64,000 bases of DNA, from contig CAYZRW010000007.1 in the NCBI GenBank assembly GCA_964480955.1, forward strand, positions 827 through 64,826. The letters run 5' to 3'. Shown in pieces: positions 58,031 through 64,000 of the stretch. A model generated the notes under the pieces. The model had not been told where the DNA came from. It searched no databases and worked only from the letters and a program-made list of their open reading frames with translations. Source of the DNA: an uncultured Candidatus Bathyarchaeia archaeon. GTDB lineage: Archaea; Thermoproteota; Bathyarchaeia; 40CM-2-53-6; RBG-13-38-9. Both the position numbers and the translations under genes were made by a program. Position 1 is the stretch's first letter. Each line of letters opens with the position of its first letter.

Positions 58031-58762
58031 TTATAGGTGGTGAGTAGTTTCAAGAGTCCTCAACAGTTCGGATAGACTCTTCGCTGCCAAGTCTGGCGCA
58101 GGCAATCCATCAGAGGCCTCGGTCTCCTCGTGGCAGACGAGGCAATTTCTCATGTTGGCCTGTCTGGAGCCAATAATATCATGTTTGAAGGAGTCGCCAA
58201 TGAAGACCGTCTCATCGGCTCTCAGACGCATCTCCCTCAAGGCGTAAAGAAAGATTCCTGGATAGGGTTTTCGAACTCCCAGTTCGGCTGACGTTACAAT
58301 GCACTCAAAGTACCTGTTAAGGTCTAGGCGCCGAAGTATCTTCTTTGTGACCTTTTCGGAAGATGTGTTGGTCACTACGCCAAGACGGTAACTATCTCTC
58401 AATACTTCAAGAACGTTGACGGTATCTGGGAAGAGTATTGCAGATTCTACTCTCGCATCAACGATCGTTGCTTCAACAGTATTGAGGGCCTCATCTATCA
58501 TGTGCAGGTTACAGAGCTTAGAAATCAAACTGCCAAGCCAAACTCGCATCGGTATCTCTATCAGGAAACGTTCGCGAAGATCATTGATCATTCGATAGTG
58601 GGTCCAATATCTCCACAATAGATCTTCCTCCGAGACGGTGCAACCTTTTGAGGCAAGATACTCAGCTAGTGACTTCAACGCTTCTTCATCCACGAGTCTG
58701 TCTTCAATATCTCTGGTCAGCAACGTCCCTCCTAAGTCAAAGAGCAGCGCGTTTATGGCCAA
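58031..58762 (-). CDS. HAD-superfamily hydrolase
   Basis: LFDLGGTL, VVTN, KPYPGIF, FIGDS...DIIG. Confidence 0.92.
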   Translation of the reverse strand: MAINALLFDLGGTLLTRDIEDRLVDEEALKSLAEYLASKGCTVSEEDLLWRYWTHYRMINDLRERFLIEIPMRVWLGSLISKLCNLHMIDEALNTVEATIVDARVESAILFPDTVNVLEVLRDSYRLGVVTNTSSEKVTKKILRRLDLNRYFECIVTSAELGVRKPYPGIFLYALREMRLRADETVFIGDSFKHDIIGSRQANMRNCLVCHEETEASDGLPAPDLAAKSLSELLRTLETTHHL

Positions 58763-59122
58763 ACTGAATCCCCGCCTGCAAGACTTCGAGAGTAACTAGT
58801 CTGAAGCCCCAAATGGCTCTTCCCAGCCTTTGCCTAGTTAAAGGTATTTCAGCCCAAGGCTTTGTGACTATATGGGTTGGCCTGTACGGTATGACACTTG
58901 TAGAATGAACACCAGAAGCCAAACTTCGCTCAGTTGAAAGATCAAACAGAGTTTTATGAAGGAGCGTTTTACCAATTTGGAGTGTGGAACCACGGTGAAG
59001 GTATCTCTTGGAAGTCGCGGCCTCCAGCTTAGAGACTCTACATGCCAACACACCTCGTCGAGGGTTGCTATTCAAGTTGGAACCTGCAGGTCTGTTGAGT
59101 AATACCGTATGTGTAACGAGAA

Positions 59123-59929
59123 TTGTTGCAAGGAGGAGTGGATGCTTTTAACATCGAAATCGTGTCGATAGGTAACGAACTGTGTTATGGAAAGGTCGCA
59201 GACACGAATGCGTTCTGGTTGGCGGATCGAGTCACAAGCATTGGCGGCATGGTCTCAAGAATAAGCTGCGTCAGGGACGATGAGGAAGAAATCTGCAAGG
59301 TTCTCGGAGAGTCCCTGAATAGGAAGCCTAGGTTTGTATTGGTCACAGGAGGGCTTGGGCCAACAAAGGATGATCTAACCATAGATGCACTCTCAAGACT
59401 GACTCACTCCAAGATTGTGACTGACGAATTGACTCTTGAAAAAGTCTCAGAGCGCAAGGGCATCCCCATAGAAAAGCTGCCGCAGCATTTCTTTAGGATG
59501 GCGAGAACCGTTTCAGACGCCGAGACGTTCGTCAACCCTCTGGGCATATCTCCCGGAATAGTTTTCAGAATGGGCGAGACGACTCTCGTGGTTATGCCAG
59601 GACCCCCAAAGGAAGTTCAAGCGATATTCGAGAAATACGTGGCTGGCATAATAGGAAAAGAGACTTCGCGCAGAAGCTGTTCCAGAAGAGTGGTTGTAGA
59701 CATGGTAGAATCAGAGGTTTCACCACTTATTGAAGAAGTTGAGAAGGAGTTAGTCGATGTCTATCTGAAGCCACTGGTCAGCGAATATGTTCCCGGCGCC
59801 GGCCTTCCTGTAGAGTTGGTCGCTTTCGGAGAAGATGAAGAAGCTTGCAGCCGTCTGGCTGAGGAGGCCATCCTCTGCTTAAAGAGGCTTGTTGAGACGA
59901 AAGGGCGGGAGATAGTCACGTCGACGTGA
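59123..59929 (+). CDS. CinA N-terminal-like (MoCF domain) protein, second paralogue
   Basis: IGNEL..G...DTN..WL, TGGLGPT.DDLT, NPLG.SPG, MPGPP.E. Confidence 0.88.
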   Translation: MLQGGVDAFNIEIVSIGNELCYGKVADTNAFWLADRVTSIGGMVSRISCVRDDEEEICKVLGESLNRKPRFVLVTGGLGPTKDDLTIDALSRLTHSKIVTDELTLEKVSERKGIPIEKLPQHFFRMARTVSDAETFVNPLGISPGIVFRMGETTLVVMPGPPKEVQAIFEKYVAGIIGKETSRRSCSRRVVVDMVESEVSPLIEEVEKELVDVYLKPLVSEYVPGAGLPVELVAFGEDEEACSRLAEEAILCLKRLVETKGREIVTST

Positions 59930-59964
59930 AATGGTTTTGGGACCTGTTGATCGGGAGATAACTC

Positions 59965-60534
59965 TTGATCATTCAACTTCAAGAGAGTAACGAGAAACTT
60001 TTGGTTAGGAGCTTAGTCTCGACTGAAGAAGTCGAATTTGACGTGTTGATGAGACGATTAAGAGAGGTCGCCCCTAGCAGCGTAGTCCAGATCATGGACG
60101 GAAGAAATATTCTGGGTTATGACCATGTCCTATTTGCGGTCCTTAATGCGCTTAATGCCAGACGGAACAAAAGGATGATCTGTGAGGATCTTGCTCTGGA
60201 GATCTTGGTATACGCCTCAGCCCAACGCCAGATCAAGAACAGTTTAAAGATGCTCGGGGTCAGGAGAGATTCCAAGCATCTCGCCGTGGTCGCATTATCT
60301 GAGAATAGGTCGGAACTTGAGAGGCTGGACGGGGCGATAGGTGAGGTTGAGAAACTTGGCCCCGACACCTCGTTCCCCAACTCGTGGAACAAAGAGAGAT
60401 TGAACTCAGTAAAGAAGGCCTTCAAGATATCCGATGCGGAGATTGAAGCAACCCGTATGAGAGGACTCTCAGAAAGAGAGGTCCTAGAGAAACTTGTGAT
60501 TGAGAGGATGGCACTCCTCTCAATCAGCGTTTAG
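59965..60534 (+). CDS. cgi121: KEOPS complex subunit Cgi121
   Basis: H..FA..NAL.A, LEILVYASAQRQI...L...G, LVIERMAL. Confidence 0.85.
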   Translation: MIIQLQESNEKLLVRSLVSTEEVEFDVLMRRLREVAPSSVVQIMDGRNILGYDHVLFAVLNALNARRNKRMICEDLALEILVYASAQRQIKNSLKMLGVRRDSKHLAVVALSENRSELERLDGAIGEVEKLGPDTSFPNSWNKERLNSVKKAFKISDAEIEATRMRGLSEREVLEKLVIERMALLSISV

Positions 60535-61057
60535 GAGTCCTCTTTTCCTTCCCAACTGCCAGCACACCGTCAGGCGAAACGACTGAGAGGCCAGCGACTT
60601 CGGAGATTACTTCCACCAGAAGAATCTTGTCGGGATGATCCAGATCTACCCGCCTATCGATCTTGGAGGCTGAAGCCTCCACTATGTCCTTAGTTCTCAA
60701 TTGACTGTGCCTTTTTCTCACCGTCACACGGTAAGTCTCACCTATTCTTATCCTGTCAGCCAGCTCCTGAGAGACTCTGCTGATCTCGAGTAAGTCCGCT
60801 GGGACGACTCTTTCTATGGGGGTTATCTTCAGGATGTACCGGAACTCCCAAGGCTTCTCCTGCACGATACCCCGCAGTTTTGATGTCGCCTCCAGTGAAT
60901 CAAGCAATGTCGACGCGACAACCAAACCTATCGCTGGAGTGACGTCAACCTCGGGGTCTTTGTCGCCCAGCTCATTCAGTAGATACCAGATCTCTCTGCA
61001 TGCGTTCTTCTCATTGCCACGTGAGGTTGATATGAGAAGATTGAATCTGTCAAGCAT
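60524..61057 (-). CDS. Stand-alone THUMP domain protein
   Basis: FNLLIST.RG.E..A, YRVTVRKR, VDLDHPDKILLVEV. Confidence 0.88.
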   Translation of the reverse strand: MLDRFNLLISTSRGNEKNACREIWYLLNELGDKDPEVDVTPAIGLVVASTLLDSLEATSKLRGIVQEKPWEFRYILKITPIERVVPADLLEISRVSQELADRIRIGETYRVTVRKRHSQLRTKDIVEASASKIDRRVDLDHPDKILLVEVISEVAGLSVVSPDGVLAVGKEKRTPKR

Positions 61058-61151
61058 GACCTTACCCTTGCACGGCCAATGGAAGTGGCTCGCTATACAT
61101 ATATCGTTTTCAGCTCAGATGTAGCAGGCCAAGGCCGCGTCATACCTGAAG

Positions 61152-61306
61152 GCCAGAGCGGGGGTAGACTATCTTGAGTCCCGAATCTTCGAAATAGCCG
61201 ATCAAACCCTCAAGGCGCGTTCCATCCAGACGCTCTTAGTGTCCGAGTTGGGCTAGGTGATTTCTTGGTCTAAATGAACAGTGATCCGTCTGACACAAGT
61301 TCTGGC
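61152..61306 (+). ncRNA. Candidate structured ncRNA (H/ACA-like hairpin followed by ACA)
   Basis: Stems GCCAGAGC/GTTCTGGC, CTTGAG/CTCAAG, CAGACG/CGTCTG followed by ACA. Confidence 0.3.
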
Positions 61307-61342
61307 GCGTTTCCATTCTTTGCGATCCTGTTTGGGGCAACC

Positions 61343-62305
61343 CTACGGCCAAGTCGCCTGACCGGCCACGAGGACTGACCCAAACATCATTAGCAGACCA
61401 ACAAGTAGGGCTAGGGGAAGGCCTGGGAAATAATCCCTCTTTTCTAGCATTCTCATTCCAAGATATGCCCCGAATAGGACCCCGAAGGAAGACATGATGT
61501 AAGAGAGGACACCGTAGTTTGAGAGGGCGACAGAGACGAGCATTGAATAGAAGACCAAGTCACCCATACCTACAGTGACATCCTCAAACGTGAAGACTGC
61601 TCCTGTGAAGTCTCTCAGACTGGAGCTCTCAACCAGCTTCCCGATTGGGCCCAGGTACACCGTCAGGATATCGTACACCACCAAAGCCCCCAGAAGCACA
61701 ACGGCTGACAGTAAGGGGATTGAAGAAGCTAGAAAAGTTCCGACCAAGGCACCTATCGAAGCAGAGGAGAGGGCGTGTATCAGTCCTTCTGCCTTGTAGA
61801 CTGCAGCCACTAATAGTGCAGTCAGGCATGCCGATATTGTGGTCGAGGCAAGCTCACCGGCAGGGATTGATGTCGGAATCACCTTCACAATCTTGAAGAT
61901 ATACCAGGTCATCAAGAGAAAAGTTGCCGAGACCAGGGAGATCCTGAAAATGAACTTGACAAGGGTCTGACGGCCGCTTCTTACGAGAAGGTATACTACC
62001 GTAGCGGCGAAGAATAGTAGGAAGACAAACAGTATGGAATTAAGAGAGGCGCCACCTGGAGTCTCCGGGAAGACTGTGAGGATCTCACGGTGGCTTTCTG
62101 TCTTGGCTAAGTAGAGCGACAGGACTCCTGTGAGCAGAATCACCCACGTCTGGGGGACTAGGTGGTTGAGGCTTACCTTGAAGGATGTTTGCTCACTCTC
62201 GACACTCTCCAAGGCTGGAGCTGGAGGATCTCTGCTTCCCAGTTGCTCATCGCCTCTTGCAAAGGCATTGTGTTGCTGACACTTCAGGGCAAGGCAACTT
62301 TCCAA
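61343..62305 (-). CDS. Presenilin-like GxGD intramembrane aspartyl protease
   Basis: Multiple TMs, LVVYDILTV (YD), VGMGDLVFYS (GxGD), PGLP; true start probably downstream of 62305. Confidence 0.85.
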   Translation of the reverse strand: MESCLALKCQQHNAFARGDEQLGSRDPPAPALESVESEQTSFKVSLNHLVPQTWVILLTGVLSLYLAKTESHREILTVFPETPGGASLNSILFVFLLFFAATVVYLLVRSGRQTLVKFIFRISLVSATFLLMTWYIFKIVKVIPTSIPAGELASTTISACLTALLVAAVYKAEGLIHALSSASIGALVGTFLASSIPLLSAVVLLGALVVYDILTVYLGPIGKLVESSSLRDFTGAVFTFEDVTVGMGDLVFYSMLVSVALSNYGVLSYIMSSFGVLFGAYLGMRMLEKRDYFPGLPLALLVGLLMMFGSVLVAGQATWP

Positions 62306-62520
62306 TTCTCATTTGGTTTTGCCTCTACAGCTTGGTCTGCATTCGTCAAGGAACTCGGAGGACTCAGATTTGAGATTCTTGCCACGGGTGAGAGCGGCCT
62401 GTCTCAATCGGATGGCACTTGTCGTCTTAGGTGCTTCGCCACGTTCCAGAGCCTCACTGACGCCTCCGCTGGGCTGCGAAGCTGCTTCTGCAAGTGGACT
62501 TGCGCAGGCAATCGGTTTCG

Positions 62521-63048
62521 TCAAACCTGAAGTCTCTTCCTGCAATATTCGCAGAACCTCTCACTCTTTTCATCTGTGTCTGCTACACTATTTGAGAATC
62601 TCATGACGCACCGTCTTTCCGCGCAGTGAGGTAATCCAAGGGTATGGCCGAGTTCGTGGACAGCCTCTTTTGTGACTCTTGTAAGAAAGATCTCTTCGCT
62701 TCCTCCGCCGTAAAGTATAGGCCTCAACCTGTAAGTTGAGATTATGGCTACATTCTCATGATAGAGGGCTTCCCCGAAGACGAAGTTCAGTTTAGGGACG
62801 TAGAGGTCGAGTTCTGTCATGCCTAATACCTTACCATCTAGCTCTCGAGCAAGGACTCGAAGCTGATATAGTAAGACGGTTGACCAGTACTGATTTCTCG
62901 AAGGGTTGTAGGCTTCGCTTGCCGCAGATATTCTGGGGCAGAGTGTACAGTCCGCCCTGAGGTCCGACTCTTCAAGCCTACTTAGCAGAGCCTCGGCAGT
63001 AGCCTGCAGTGGTTCTCCCACTGGGACTATGGAGACTTTGAGGGTCAT
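62521..63048 (-). CDS. amzA: Archaemetzincin Zn metalloprotease
   Basis: LNFVFGEA, KEAVHELGHTLGLPHC....CVM.FSNS, FC..C. Confidence 0.93.
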   Translation of the reverse strand: MTLKVSIVPVGEPLQATAEALLSRLEESDLRADCTLCPRISAASEAYNPSRNQYWSTVLLYQLRVLARELDGKVLGMTELDLYVPKLNFVFGEALYHENVAIISTYRLRPILYGGGSEEIFLTRVTKEAVHELGHTLGLPHCAERRCVMRFSNSVADTDEKSERFCEYCRKRLQV

Positions 63049-64000
63049 ATCTCGAATTTGTCACCCGGCTTAGGCGCATAGCTCTCTAAGCCAAGTTCCT
63101 TTGATGCCCAATTTGCAAGTTTGACACAGTTTGTTTCTGCACCGTGAACGGTAAAGACCTTAGTCTTCCCCCCAAGTTTGGAGAGCACACCCTGAAGGTC
63201 GCTACGACCTCCATGGGAAGTGAAGTCGAACTTCTCAACCTTGGCTTCGACTCTTCTGGATCTGCCTTGAAATACGAATTTCTTCTTCTCAAGGAGAATG
63301 CTGCCAGGAGTGCCCGGTATCTGGAAACTTACCAGAAAGACTCCGTTATTCTTCTTCTTGGCAACCTGCTCCAGGTAAAAGATCGCCGCTCCTCCCTTCA
63401 GCATTCCGGCTGGCGAGATTATTACTGAGGGAGTTCTAACCGCTTTCCTCCTCTCATTCCAGGTGCCAACCCACTTGGTATTCTTGACAGCCTTCTTGAA
63501 GAGGTCTGCGTCCCTAAGAGATCCTGGGTGACTCATGAGAATCTCGGTGGCATCCAGAGCCATCCCGTCCATGAATACAGGGTACTTGAAGTTGTGGGCT
63601 GCGAGTACTGTCGCGATCTCCTGGGATCTTCCCACCCCAAAAGCTGGAACCAGGGCGACTCCTCCCCTCTCAACTATCTCTGTAGCTTCCGCGAAGAACT
63701 CTTTCTCCACAGTCGTTCTGTCAGGATGGTCTTCGGTTGCGTAGGTCGCTTCAGTGATTATTGCATCCAGATCGCCGTAGTTCTGTTCTGCTGAACCTAA
63801 TGTCTTCGTCTCGTTGGGGTTGAAGTCCCCAGTGTAGAGAATACGTCTGCCGTCGCCTTCAATCAGTATTTGACAGCTACCTGGTATGTGTCCCGCGTTT
63901 AGAAAGCTGACCTTGCCTCCCGGAACTTCAAACACTCTTCGGTAGGGGATGGCGATGCAATACTCCATCATAGTATCGAGATCGACGTATTCGTAGGGAA
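63045..64000 (-). CDS. MBL-fold beta-CASP ribonuclease (5' end outside window)
   Basis: AGHIPGS, YTGDF, EATY, PAFGVGRSQE, GMLKGG, FTSH, VHG. Confidence 0.9.
   Translation of the reverse strand, partial: PYEYVDLDTMMEYCIAIPYRRVFEVPGGKVSFLNAGHIPGSCQILIEGDGRRILYTGDFNPNETKTLGSAEQNYGDLDAIITEATYATEDHPDRTTVEKEFFAEATEIVERGGVALVPAFGVGRSQEIATVLAAHNFKYPVFMDGMALDATEILMSHPGSLRDADLFKKAVKNTKWVGTWNERRKAVRTPSVIISPAGMLKGGAAIFYLEQVAKKKNNGVFLVSFQIPGTPGSILLEKKKFVFQGRSRRVEAKVEKFDFTSHGGRSDLQGVLSKLGGKTKVFTVHGAETNCVKLANWASKELGLESYAPKPGDKFEI

Overview
Gene-dense archaeal chromosomal segment, most consistent with a TACK-group archaeon such as Bathyarchaeia. This is inferred from CdvA/ESCRT-III/Vps4 occurring together with SMC-ScpAB, a TFE-beta/RPC34 homologue and a PolB2 cassette. 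Content is mostly housekeeping: aminoacyl-tRNA synthetases, Moco biosynthesis, Cdc6, Nop5/fibrillarin, TFB, SMC, ABCE1 and KEOPS Cgi121. Main discovery: two protein-coding genes that look broken in the ORF track (polB2 and rnhB) are each interrupted, inside a conserved catalytic motif, by a tiny hairpin insertion (32 nt and 27 nt). Both junctions fold into a bulge-helix-bulge-type motif. Cutting after the 2nd nucleotide of each 3-nt bulge, which is the archaeal tRNA-splicing endonuclease rule, restores the reading frame and the conserved motif exactly. This points to EndA-spliced mRNA introns in genes other than the known cbf5 case. Also notable: an expanded cdv/ESCRT cluster with an embedded Lrp regulator and a minimal FtsEX/LolCDE-like ABC pair, several genes that need non-canonical start codons, a periodic Tyr-Gln-Pro repeat protein, a 31-aa Glu/Trp peptide upstream of ABCE1, and several structured intergenic ncRNA candidates. 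No rRNA, tRNA, CRISPR array or transposase was recognised. All calls were made by eye from motifs; no searches were run.
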